Source: an uncultured bacterium
GTDB lineage: Bacteria > Zixibacteria > MSB-5A5 > CAIYYT01
Assembly: GCA_963698225.1 (NCBI GenBank)
Contig: CAVOPW010000018.1
Location: forward strand, 8,972 to 72,971
Direction of reading: 5' to 3'
DNA length: 64,000 nt
Below are positions 24,668 through 37,227 of the stretch, piece after piece. Under the pieces are notes generated by a model that was not told where the DNA came from, ran no database searches, and saw nothing but the letters and a program-made list of their open reading frames with translations. The position numbers and the translations under genes were made by a program. Positions within the stretch are counted from its first letter, which is position 1. Each line of letters opens with the position of its first letter.

Positions 24668-25681
24668 CGCGGCGGGCTGCGATGAAAGGGCCTCGGGCGA
24701 TGAGTCCGGTTCGCGGCTCAGATCTGAAAGTCGACTTGCGCTTCGATTTCGCTGGCCGGACCGAATGCGCAGCCGCGGCTTCTCCATGGTGACCGTGGCA
24801 AACGGCTCAACGCTGCTGGTCAACCACACGCTGGATCCGATCACCGAATCGTGGCCGATCACCGTGCGCCGCCCAGAATCGTGGCGCTGGCATAGATCAC
24901 GACCCGATCCTCGATCGTCGGATGCCGCTTTTTGCCGCGGATCAGATTCCCCTCGGCGTCGGTCGGAAAACTCAGTGCGCCGAGCGTGACACCTTGATAG
25001 AGCTTCACGTGCTCACCAATGTCACAGGTCTCGCCGATCACCACGCCCGTCCCGTGGTCGATGAAGAAGTACTTGCCGATCTTGGCGCCGGGATGGATAT
25101 CGATCCCCGTTTCTTTGTGCGCCCATTCGGTCATCATGCGGGGAATGAGCGGAACGCCGAGCACGCAGAGTTCGTGCGCGAGTCGATAGACGGTTACGGC
25201 ATCCAGTCCCGGATAGCAGAAGATCACTTCATCGACGCTCTGGCAGGCCGGGTCGCCGTCATAGGCGGCTTGCACGTCGGTGGACAACACGCGACGCAGG
25301 TCGGGAATCCGTTCCAGAAACGTGATGGCAATCGCTTGCCCCTTGGCCTCGAAATCATCACGTCCCGGCGTGCAGGATTCCTGGCGTTGCACCCGGGCTT
25401 CATGTTGCGAGCGCCCGACCAATCTGCATGGTTAACTTGTCGTGCAGGCCGTCAATCAGGTCTCCCGCATGATAGGTCACGTTTCCACTGTGCAATCCGA
25501 CTCGCCGCCGATAACCCGGATAGAGGATTTCCTTCAGGTCCTCCAGGATCTCGACGACCGCTTCGTATTGCGGCAGGGGGCAGTGCCCCAAATGGTTGAT
25601 GCTGCCCACCTCGCTGTAGGTCGCCACAATGCGGTTGGTTAGACTCGGCAGTTGTTCTTTCAATCGGAAGTCGGAGGCCAT
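24611..25681 (-). CDS. cysE: Serine O-acetyltransferase (frameshifted; 3' end approximate)
   Basis: [48 protein letters not shown] and KRHPTI. Confidence 0.9.
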
Positions 25682-26095
25682 GGCCCGGCTCCTATGCGCG
25701 TCAAGACGGCCAGCAAAGGCGCGGCGAGACAACGCCCTGTTGCCAACAGAGAAAATGCTCGAAAGTAGGGAGGGAGAGTATGTCCGGTCAGACCGGACAG
25801 ACGCAGCGACACGGACATGTCCGAGGATGCGTACATCGAGCATGGCTTCGCACCAACTGATCATTCGCCCGGCGGCAGTCGGCCCGGCGACATTCGTCAC
25901 CGCAGCCCGACCACGCCAGGATTCTATGCGATACTTAGGACTATTCGGCCACTTGGGGAGGCAGGTTGAGAAAGTCTCGCCCGGGACTCCCAAATTGAAC
26001 GCGGGATTTAATCCGCGCAGATCGTGACCCGGCGTAAGCGGACAGCCACGGCAAGTTCTTCCCTCTCTAACGCTCGGTACAGACGCGGGACTTGG

Positions 26096-27162
26096 CTAGT
26101 CCTCTTCCTCTTCTTCCAGTTTCGCCTTGGCGATGATCTCCTGCATCACGTTTGGCGGCATGACGTCGTAGTGGCTGAAGTCCATCGTGTAGCTGCCCTG
26201 CCCGCCGGTCATGCTGGAGAGCGTGCGCGCGTAGGTGGTGACGCTGCGGAGCGGCACTTCACAATGGACCGTCTGCAGTCCGCCGCCGGCCGAATCGGCA
26301 CCGGACACGCGTCCGCCGCGGCTGGACATGTCGCTGTACACGTCGCCCACGTTATTCTCGGGAATCGTCACGTCGAGTTTCACAACCGGCTCGAGCAACG
26401 AAGGCTTCGCCTGCTGGAACACATTGCGGAACACCATCGAGGCGGCCGTCTTGAACGCGGCTTCCGAGCTGTCGACCGGATGATGCTTGCCGAAGTGGAC
26501 TTCGACACCGATATCCTGCACCTGATAACCGGCGATCACACCGCGGCTCAATCGATCACGGAACCCCTTCTCGATGGCCGGCAGGAAGTTACCCGGAATC
26601 ACGCCGCCGACGACCGAGTCGATCCAGACGAAGTTGTTCGTCTCGTCGTAGTGATACTCCTTGAGCGACGGGAAGTTCGCCTTGGTGCAAAACTCTTCCA
26701 TGTTCGTGCCGCGTGGCAGCGGAAACATGCGGATATGCACTTCGCCGAACTGGCCACGGCCGCCCGACTGCTTCCTGTGTCGGTAGCTGCCTTCGGCCTT
26801 GATCTGGATCGTCTCGCGGAACGGGATCTTCGGTTCCTTCGTGTCGACTTCCAGTTTGTCGCGCCGAGCGAGGCGTTCGCGAATCACCATCAGGTGCAAT
26901 TCACTCATGCCAGTGATGACGAGTTCCTTGGTCTGGGCGTCGCGATCGAGGCGGAACGTGGGGTCTTCATCCACGACCTTATGCGATCGCGCCGGACAGC
27001 TTTGTTTCGTCACCGCGGCTCTTCGGACTGACGGCCAAGCCAACCATGGGGGTCGGGAAGCTCATCAAGGGCAGCCGGTAATCGCCCAGCGACGAGTTGG
27101 TGGTCAGGTCCTCCATCTTGGCGATCGCGATGAGATCACCGGGGCCGGCGACGTCGAGCTTG
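26096..27162 (-). CDS. fusA: Elongation factor G paralogue, domains II(end)-V only; 5' part replaced by archaeal DNA
   Basis: EDPTF, GMSELHL, PFRETI, RKQSGGRGQFG, LLEPV and SMTGGQGSYTMDFSHY. Confidence 0.9.
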
Positions 27163-27166
27163 ATAT
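27160..27166. other. Bacterial/archaeal chimeric junction 1
   Basis: Minus-strand reading ...YAEHPYI|KLDVAGPGD... switches from archaeal CCA enzyme to EF-G with an abrupt change in GC and codon usage. Confidence 0.9.
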
Positions 27167-27479
27167 ACGGATGCTCGGCATATTTTTCATGGTACTGGTC
27201 AGTAAACGATCCTGCAATGTTGCGAGCGAGCGACAGGCCTTCCTCTTCAAGCTGTTCGCGGGAAAGGAGCGGATCGAAAAGCATGAAAATATCGAGATCA
27301 CGGTCGCCTTTCACCCAGGTGTGCCGGGCGATGGAACCGACTACCATCGCTTCTGCCCTGCCACTTTGGGCGATTGCTGCCAGCAGGCGCTTTGCCAGAC
27401 CCCAGACATGTTCCTGTTCCTGCCGGGTCGGTCGGAGATCCAGAAGAACGGTCTCTTCCAGCGGCAGCCTGGTTACCAA
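27163..27479 (-). CDS. cca: Archaeal (class I) CCA-adding enzyme, N-terminal ~105 aa only
   Basis: VVGSIARHTWVKGDRDLDIF nucleotidyltransferase motif and YAEHPY. Confidence 0.9.
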
Positions 27480-28015
27480 TTCAGCACCTCGAGGTCTTCA
27501 TCAGACCGGCCCTGAGGCAGCAGCGTACTTTTCTTAAGTACCATACCGTGGATTGTGCAACTGCCGTAACCTGTCTCTGCTCAGCTCTTTAATGACGGAA
27601 AAGAGTGACGGGATCCGGAGATTTTACCCGTGCGACGGTTGCATGGGGAGTAAACCTGCGGGTCTCCCGTGCAAACCCAAGTGGAGCAAGTGCATCCTCA
27701 ATCAGCGTGAATACTTTCTCTCCCTCCCCCGCATCATCAATGGCGCACCAGACCGTATGCGGGCGCCGTGGATTATTTACCGTCACCATTCCTGCTGTAA
27801 CAGGAAAGGGAATGAAGGTGATCTTTTTCAGGGCTTCAATAACTTGTGGAAGGTTCTTCTCATCAATCTCACCGAGGAACTTTGCCGTTACATGAATATT
27901 CTTCGGCTCAACAAATGTCAGACGTGCCCGGCATCCTGCGGAGCACCTGCTGGGCCGCGGCCAGCTGGTCTTTGATTTCCTCCGAAAGCTCCAGTGCAAT
28001 AAACACCCTGACCAT
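27473..28015 (-). CDS. thpR: RNA 2',3'-cyclic phosphodiesterase (frameshifted)
   Basis: MVRVFIALEL, HVTAKFLGE, FTPHATVARVK (two HxT motifs) and LKKSTL. Confidence 0.9.
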
Positions 28016-28144
28016 TAGGGTACTATTATTTCATACCACTACTAATGGTAATCGATTGCCGGAGTGATTGGGCTCAGGAGCATAAACCAAGTTTTTTTTA
28101 CGGGCAATTCCAAATTCATAGATGACAGACCAGAGGGTGTTTTT

Positions 28145-28414
28145 GTGCCGGAAAAATTGCAGTTGATTGTGTATACACTTGAGCATTGTCCGAATTGTGA
28201 CATTCTGAAAGGATTTTTAAAAAAAGGAGGGTATAAATTCATTGAACGGGATCTCTCAACTGCGGAGTCCCTTACCGAGCTGCGAATGAATGGAATCTTT
28301 GTTAATGAAGCTCCGGTCTTACAAAAAAGTTCGGATTTTTATACCTCTGCAGACATTTTTCCCCACGGCGAGCTGGATGCAGGGCACGTATCAAAACTAA
28401 TTTCAGGTGAATGA
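28145..28414 (+). CDS. Glutaredoxin/NrdH-like redoxin
   Basis: VYTLEHCPNC...EAPVL; its stop abuts the nrdD start. Confidence 0.85.
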   Translation: MPEKLQLIVYTLEHCPNCDILKGFLKKGGYKFIERDLSTAESLTELRMNGIFVNEAPVLQKSSDFYTSADIFPHGELDAGHVSKLISGE

Positions 28415-30599
28415 ATGGCGCGGCCGGAGACAAAACAACTGACGTTTGACGGAATTACCGTACCTGTCCTCCCTTTCGTCCGTACATCTGACGGGCATAT
28501 CATCGAATGGAACCGCGATCGAATTGTCCACCAGATTGTTCAGGAAACAAAGCTTGTCGAGACATTCTACGGCTATGAAGGGGCTGACGAATTGACCGCT
28601 CAGGATATTGCGCTTCAGGTTGAAAACCGCATCAAGAATATGGGTCTTAAATCACTTTCCGGTCCACTCATCCGTGAGATTGTCAACATCACGCTGCTTG
28701 AGAAGGGTATGGTGCAGTACCGCAATGTCTCCACCCGTGTCGGTACTCCGGTTTATGATGCACACCAGATTGATGTCGGGAGGGGATTTGAAGCACACGA
28801 CAACGCAAACCTCCAGGAAAATGCCGAGACTTCACATAAGAAGAAAGCAGACAAAATCTCAAAGGAACAATATCTGCTCCAGCTCCCACCCGACCTTGCC
28901 GATCATCACCTGTCCGGCGAGATGCACATCCATGACCTCGAGTATTTCGGTACGCGCCCGTTCTGCCAGGACTGGGACCTGCGCTATTTTTTCTATTATG
29001 GCCTGATGCCTGACGGCAATGGCACAAAGGCTTCAGTCGCTGGTCCTGCGAAGCGTCCGGAGGTTGCAATCCTCCATGCAGTAAAGGCACTCGGATCCGC
29101 CCAGACTAATTTTGCCGGTGGGCAGGGTTATTACAATTTCCTTACCTTCCTGGCTCCTTATATGGAGGGAATGGGGTATAACGAGATCAAACAGAATATG
29201 CAGATGTTTGTCTATGAAATGACTCAGATGATGGTAGCCCGTGGAGGTCAGCTCGTCTTCTCTTCAATCCAGCTCTCACCGGGTGTGCCGACTCTCTGGC
29301 AGGACAAACCATGCATTTATAAAGGAAAGATCTGGGACGGCAAATCAGCACCCCTTCGCACGTATGGTGAGTTCGAGCGTGAGGTGCGATTGCTCTTTAA
29401 AGCCCTCATGGAGGTAATGCTCGAGGGAGATTACTGGGGCAAACCCTTCAACTTCCCAAAGCCCGAGATCTCTATCGAACCGGATTTCATGAATGAACGT
29501 GAAGAGTTCAACACGAAAAACCCGGACCTTCCAACGTTCCAGGAATTATACCTGATGACCTTTGAACTCGCTTCGAAGTTTGGTACACCCTATTACGATA
29601 ACCAGCTCCGGCGTACCGCGGAGCCGGTAAAGGGATTTCCTGTTACCAGTGCTGTGCATATCAGTTTTCTACGGTGGCAGACAAAGATTCTGATTTTGAT
29701 AAGAAGATGTATTTTGAGGATGGCAGGCATTTCTCGATGGGCTCCTGGCAGGTTGTTTCCGTAAACTGCCCCCGTGCCGCATATAATGCAGAAGGAGATG
29801 ATACCCGCCTTTTTGCAGAACTCAAGGCGCTCATGGATGTCGCGGTGGATATTTTCAAGATCAAACGCCGATGGATGGACCTTATCCGGGCTAACAGCCG
29901 GATGCCATTTGCAATGCAGCGCCCCAAGGACCCGAACACAGGAGAACGTGGCGCACTTGCTGTCGATCTTGAAGGACTGGTATATACGATTGGTGTCGTC
30001 GGTGTCAATGAGATGGTGCAGCACCACACGGGTAAGCAACTCCACGAATCAAAAGAAGCATTCAGGCTTGCCATACGTGCGATGACAGAGATGGAGTCGG
30101 TATGGTCGCGAACTTTCCGCAAAGAATGACATGACCATTGCCCTTGCCCGTACGCCGGGCAGAGACAACCGGGTAAAGGTTTGCGGTTGCCGATCTGCTC
30201 GATCGCCGGTATCACGATTTTGCCGTAAACGTGATTAAGGGAGATATCGAAGAAGGTCTGGAAATGCTGGGCAAGAGCCGTGATCTCCCTATATATTATA
30301 CGAATGGCACCCATGTGGCACCGGGGCAAATGTCCCGCTCACCAAACGCATGGAAATCGAGCATGTATTCTTCCCCATTGTTGATGGGGGTAACATTTTC
30401 CATATCTGGCTGGGTGAAGCACGTCCGGATCCACGTGGACTCATGGACATGGCGATGAAGCTTCTGCCGCAACACCCAGATAGGATATTTTGCATTTACC
30501 CGGGATATTACGGTCTCGCTCCGCCAGTTCCACGAGATACGTTCGTCAAAGAAATCCATTACCCCTTATATCCCATCAGATTTTCCTGTCAAGGTTTAA
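28415..30599 (+). CDS. nrdD: Class III anaerobic ribonucleoside-triphosphate reductase with ATP cone (frameshifted; C-terminal radical domain not seen)
   Basis: ATP cone, MHIHDLEY, FAGGQG, CYQCCAY finger loop, YYTNGTH, FFPIVDGGNIFHIWLGE and GYFAFTRD, then TAA at 30597-30599. Confidence 0.9.
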
Positions 30600-30780
30600 T
30601 GGGAAAATTCTTATTTACAGAGACTCGAGGAACAGGCAATGTGCCTGTCCCTGCCTAATCGATACCGGCGATTGAATTTCGTTCACTAGGCGTTCCGCCG
30701 ATTATTTCCGGTTACACTGTTGAATGAATCAGCACGGAAGCAAGGATCAATACCAGTAAATTGGTGTTTTCCGACCTATT

Positions 30781-30990
30781 GAAACCATAAGATTTCAACA
30801 AATTCGAATCACCTATTATCGGAGGGGATAGTGCATGTCCCCCAACCGCCCCTGCGCTTTGCGATTGTGTTGTATAACCTTCTCTGGAATTATCGCTCCG
30901 AAGGGGATGCCACAGCGGCGGGGGCGGAGGCATTACGTGCAGTAGCCCAGAAAGAGCGCTGAAAAAAATTGTGAGGATTTCGACAGAGCC
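30781..30990 (+). mobile_element. MITE-like repeat, right half
   Basis: Closely matches 41929-42143 and ends in CAGAGCC. Confidence 0.7.
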
Positions 30991-31059
30991 TGTTTTCCCT
31001 CAAACATCATAATTTCCTGAAATAGCGGGATTAGTTCTGAAATCAGATTTATGATGAAC

Positions 31060-31170
31060 CCCTCCACCCCCGAAGGGACGCCCCCGCGGCGGATCAATAA
31101 CCAAAAATTGAACGACTCTAAACCACCTGACCCGCCGTGCTTCGAAGAAGCCCTGAGGCGGATGATCCTC
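31060..31170 (-). mobile_element. MITE-like repeat, left half, inverted
   Basis: CCCCGAAGGGACGCCCCCGCGGCG is the reverse complement of ~41836-41860. Confidence 0.6.
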
Positions 31171-31260
31171 ATCAGGTAGTGCGGATTTTTCATCTGTTTG
31201 GATTCACAGGGAACCTGAGATCATGAAAATAAGGAATCAGAACGGGTACCCCAAAAAATA

Positions 31261-31680
31261 TTATCCGGTACTGACCTTTTTCAGGGTAATATCCATGATA
31301 CCGCGATGGACACGATAATAACTGTGAATCCTGTCTATGGGATGATCGAGCATGACAGACACATTCCGGTTATCAATATCCACCCTTACACTTGTTGCCT
31401 GGATGTCAACAAGGGGAGCATTTTTTGAATCGACCGGTATCATGACGGTAATGAAGATCCTGTCGTCAGATTCTACGATTTCGTAAGGGATTTCTTCATC
31501 ATCGCCAGGCTGACCCTGTCGGAAGATCTCCGGTTCCCCGTTCGAAGGGTTGCGGGTGATTATCGTGTATCCAATGATTCGTGCATTGTGGCTGTCAGGC
31601 ATGTTTCTGACGATGTCTTCAACGATCTTTGCGAGGTTATTGAAAACATCGTCATAAGGACTGTTTGGATTATTCTGCAT
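31261..31680 (-). CDS. Hsp20/CS-like small protein
   Basis: IPYEIVESDDRIFITVMIP...YRVHRGIMDITLKK resembles an alpha-crystallin fold; overlaps the regulator gene by 11 bp. Confidence 0.6.
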   Translation of the reverse strand: MQNNPNSPYDDVFNNLAKIVEDIVRNMPDSHNARIIGYTIITRNPSNGEPEIFRQGQPGDDEEIPYEIVESDDRIFITVMIPVDSKNAPLVDIQATSVRVDIDNRNVSVMLDHPIDRIHSYYRVHRGIMDITLKKVSTG

Positions 31681-32293
31681 GTACGCCTCGGAGTGTATAC
31701 AGGTCTTTTGTCCGTCCGATTATTCCTTTACGCTCGAACCGTTTCAGGATTTCACCAAGGTCCTTTTGGGGCAAATCGGTGACTTGTTCCAGTTCATCGA
31801 GAGTAAGTGAATCATGGGAAAGTGCGATTAATACAATAATCTCTCGATCGCTGGTGAATAAATCCTTATGGTTTCGGGCAAGGTCATTGATTTTCATTTC
31901 GATATCATGATTGATTTGCTCGAGATTGGAGAGAATCATATCGTGAGCTCTGATCATCTGCCCGAACATCCTGATCGAGTTTTTAATCCGTTCAGTTTCG
32001 TCACCGGCATCTTCCTCTTCTGCAGGCACACGTGTCCGCTTAAGACTGATGTCGATGAGAATATCGTTGGCAAGATAATAGTATTTCCGCCGACGGTCAT
32101 CTGTCTGGCAGGAAAGAATTGCTTCCCGCTCCATCATCTGGAGATGATCAATAACTGCTTTTGGCGAGATCATCAGTGTCTCTGAGATCTCGGTAACAAA
32201 ACAGGGTTTCTGACGTAACAATCCGATGATCCTCCTCCGGTTCCTGTTCCCGAGGATATCGAGCAGCCGTGAAACCTCAGCAGCTTCGTCCAT
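31670..32293 (-). CDS. ArsR-type winged-helix regulator, HSR1/Phr heat-shock-regulator-like
   Basis: LLDILGNRNRRRIIGLL..KPCFVTEISETL.ISPKAVIDHL...RRKYY. Confidence 0.8.
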   Translation of the reverse strand: MDEAAEVSRLLDILGNRNRRRIIGLLRQKPCFVTEISETLMISPKAVIDHLQMMEREAILSCQTDDRRRKYYYLANDILIDISLKRTRVPAEEEDAGDETERIKNSIRMFGQMIRAHDMILSNLEQINHDIEMKINDLARNHKDLFTSDREIIVLIALSHDSLTLDELEQVTDLPQKDLGEILKRFERKGIIGRTKDLYTLRGVHAE

Positions 32294-32294
32294 C

Positions 32295-32324
32295 TTTACT
32301 TAATGTTAGTATGGGAAATATTTA
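32295..32324 (-). promoter_or_regulatory. Candidate TATA box and HSR1-like operator
   Basis: TAAATA (32319-32324, minus strand) about 25 nt before the ATG; TTTAC-N5-GTTAG at 32295-32309. Confidence 0.5.
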
Positions 32325-32513
32325 GCATTAATTCATTGTTCATACTTTGGTATAGAGAGAGCAGGTCATTGCAGGATATGTTGTCGTGCTTTTTGCTTTC
32401 GTTTTTTTAGGATCCCTGGGGTTATCATGTCGGAATTTTCTTTGAATAATTTACAGAATTATATTATTACCAACTATTATCTGTTTACAGCGCCAATAAG
32501 TTATGGTGATAGT

Positions 32514-32741
32514 ATGGAAAGACAACCCGTTCAATCCTGTAACCTGAAAAGTGTCGGTTACGATAATACATTAAAGAATCTGGAGATTGAGTTTCATTCC
32601 GGGCTGATTTATCAATATCAGAATGTTCCTTCCCAAATCTATGCAAATCTTTTAAGTGCCCAGTCTACCGGGACGTTTTTTACTGACAAGATAAAAAACC
32701 GGTATCGATCGAAGCGGCTTGATAAAGTTACCGTCCAGTGA
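32514..32741 (+). CDS. KTSC-domain protein
   Basis: VQSCNLKSVGYD....LEIEFHSG.IYQY.NVP...Y..LLSA.S.G.FF...IK. Confidence 0.9.
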   Translation: MERQPVQSCNLKSVGYDNTLKNLEIEFHSGLIYQYQNVPSQIYANLLSAQSTGTFFTDKIKNRYRSKRLDKVTVQ

Positions 32742-32891
32742 CTGGCCGGGTAGTGTGGATTTCATTCATTCCCTGCCACTTTTTATCAGTTCAGAACCTG
32801 TTGCCAGGTTTTTCAACAGGATAACCCGGTAGTTACAACAATTTTATGTAAGGAATCTTCTGTCTGAATGAATGAGGAATTTGAAGAAGTC

Positions 32892-34378
32892 TCAATGCCT
32901 GAAGTATCGGACACCGGTAAAAATCATCGCCATATGAAGCCTGTTCGCCGCATCGATTACCTCTTTGTCGCGGATAGATCCGCCCGGTTGAATAAGTGCT
33001 GTAACTCCTGCTTCAGCCTGCAACTTCGAGGGTGTCTGCAAATGGCAGAAATGCATCTGAAGCGACAGCAGACCCAATCAGCGATGATCGGGCTTTCCCG
33101 ACTGCAATTTTTGCAGCATCCACTCTGCTCATCTGACCGGCACCAATTCCGAGAGTACACTTCTGATCGGCAAAGATAATGGTATTGCTTCTGGCATGCT
33201 TACACACCTTCCAGGCAGAGCTGAACCGCCCGCAGACTCATCGGGAGTCGTGTCTCGATCGGTGATCACCTTCCAGTGCTCCTGATAAGGGGGCGTTCGC
33301 TGAACAAGGACTCCTCCATCAATCGATCGGATTTCATCAGAACCGGATTTTTCCGGCAGAATCAGCACACGCATGTTTTCCTTTTTCCTGATGATGGCAA
33401 GGGCTTCTTCAGAAAATGACGGGGCAACGAGGACTTCAACAAATGTTCCGGCAATCTCTTGACTACGTTTTTTTTGATTTCACGGTTGAAGCAGACGACA
33501 GATCCGTAAGCAGAAACGGGATCGACTTCACGGGCATCGATGTAGGCCTCGGCTATGTTTGTGCCGAGAGCGACGCCGCAGGGATTATTATGTTTTATAA
33601 TGACAGCAGAAGGATCTTCAAATTCCCGGAGGAGTGCCACCCCGGCATCTACATCAAGGTAATTGTTATAGGACATCTGCTTTCCCTGAAAGGGTATGGC
33701 TCCTGCAATACCAGACTCCCCGTACACCGCAGCCTCCTGATGCGGATTTTCCCGTACCTCAGTGTTCTGCCATGACTGAACTGAACGGTATATGTGGTGG
33801 GAAACGAATCACTGAGTCCGAACAGGTAGTTGCTGATTGCACCATCATAGGCTGCCGTTCTGGCAAACGCTTTTTTTGCGAAAGCAAGGCGCTGATCGAG
33901 AGAAAGTTGCATTTCCCCGAATTGCTGTAATTAACGATGGATAATCCTCAGGGTCTACGACAACTGCAACATTTTTGAAATTTTTTGCTGCTGCCCGGAT
34001 CATCGCAGGTCCACCGACATCGATAAACTCGATCAATGATTCGCAGATCCATGTGCTGCCCTGCCATCTTCTCAAAAGGGTACAGGTTTACAACGAGAAC
34101 ATCAATCCGGTTAATACCGTGCTTAGCCATTACCAGATCATCAATCTGCCTTCTTCCCAGGAGACCCCCGTGCACTTTCGGATGCAGCGTCTTGACCCTG
34201 CCATCCATCATCTCGGGAAAACCGTGTAGCTGGAAACCTCAGTAAACTTTATCCCGGTTTCGCAAGTGCCTTTCCCGGTCCCTCCTGAGCTCATAATATT
34301 ATATTTTTGGCGCGAAAGTTCCTCGGCAAGCTCGACGATACCGGTCTTGTCCCAGACCGAGAGTAGTGCCCACTTCAT
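32892..34378 (-). CDS. purH: Bifunctional AICAR transformylase/IMP cyclohydrolase, bacterial type (many frameshifts)
   Basis: [60 protein letters not shown] and FTGVRYFRH. Confidence 0.93.
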
Positions 34379-34778
34379 GGTGAAGTGTATACATAACAGG
34401 AAAGAAAAATGTATGCAGCGTGCATACAAAGGTGAAGCATGAGCATGGTCATTTTAATAAAGACATCTGCGATATTCCCGTTTGACCATCATGAATCTTT
34501 TCCTGAAATTGCTTAAAAAAGGAAAGTTACTATTGGAATTATCGGCATGAATCCGGAATAAAACGTGAATTAAAGAATTGTGGTCACCGTATCCTGTGCG
34601 TGATTTTTTTTATTATGCATGAAAAAAGAAATTCTGGATCAGTTGTTGCTTTAATATTCACGTAATCCTGATAATCGGCCGATAAAAATTACCTCAAAAT
34701 AAAATCCATCAAAAATTTATCCCCCATTGGTTAAACCGGGTGAAATTCAGAGGTATTTGAATTAATATGATATCAAAA

Positions 34779-34786
34779 TTTATATA
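34779..34786 (+). promoter_or_regulatory. Archaeal TATA box for grpE-dnaK-dnaJ
   Basis: TTTATATA preceded by an A-rich BRE-like tract. Confidence 0.55.
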
Positions 34787-34806
34787 GAACCACAATACAA
34801 TAGATA

Positions 34807-35368
34807 ATGGAACATCAAACGGGATGTACTATGGACGACGCAGAAATCAGTACAGGACAAGAAAGAGCACCTGATCAGGGAGGAGAAAACTGCCTGACGG
34901 AATGTCCAACGTGTGCAGCCGGCCTGGAAAGACAGAAGACCGCGTATGCTGAATTAAATGACCAGTTCCTGCGTCTTGCGGCGGACTTTGAAAATTTCAA
35001 AAAACGCTCGGTACGCGAAAGGGAGTTTTTTGTCTCTCTTGCAAACGAACGATTTGCAATTGACATTCTTGAAGTACTGGATAATTTTGATCGTGCAATA
35101 CAATCTGATGATACCCATCTGCGCAAAGGAGTGAACCAGATCCAGCACTCCTCATGACCGGTTATTGCGTAATGGGATCACTCCTGTGGATCCACTTAAA
35201 AAACAATTTAATCCCGCGGAACATGAAGCAGTCGCTCATATTGCGTCTGACGAACCCGCGGGTTCGGTGGTAGATGTAATAGCCCGTGGATACCGGATGA
35301 ATGATAAGGTAATCAGATACGCAAAAGTAGCAGTCTCAAAAGGAAATCAGAAAGACCAGGAGGTATAA
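34807..35368 (+). CDS. grpE: Nucleotide exchange factor GrpE (frameshift near 35155)
   Basis: [13 protein letters not shown]; FNPAEHEAV...[18 protein letters not shown]. Confidence 0.93.
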
Positions 35369-35370
35369 AA

Positions 35371-37221
<1,851 letters not shown>

Positions 37222-37227
37222 GCACTG

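Noticed and set aside
25682-26095. SAM or other riboswitch upstream of cysE
   Set aside because: Only short hairpins (e.g. TGTCCGGTCAGACCGGACA, CGCGGGATTTAATCCGCG) seen; no S-box or T-box consensus.
26979-27479. Novel CCA-enzyme/EF-G fusion protein
   Set aside because: Both halves are cut mid-domain exactly at the compositional break; best explained as a chimeric junction.
28415-30599. Intein or group I intron in nrdD explaining the broken frames
   Set aside because: Fragments join contiguously by +/-1 shifts with no extra sequence, splice motifs or endonuclease.
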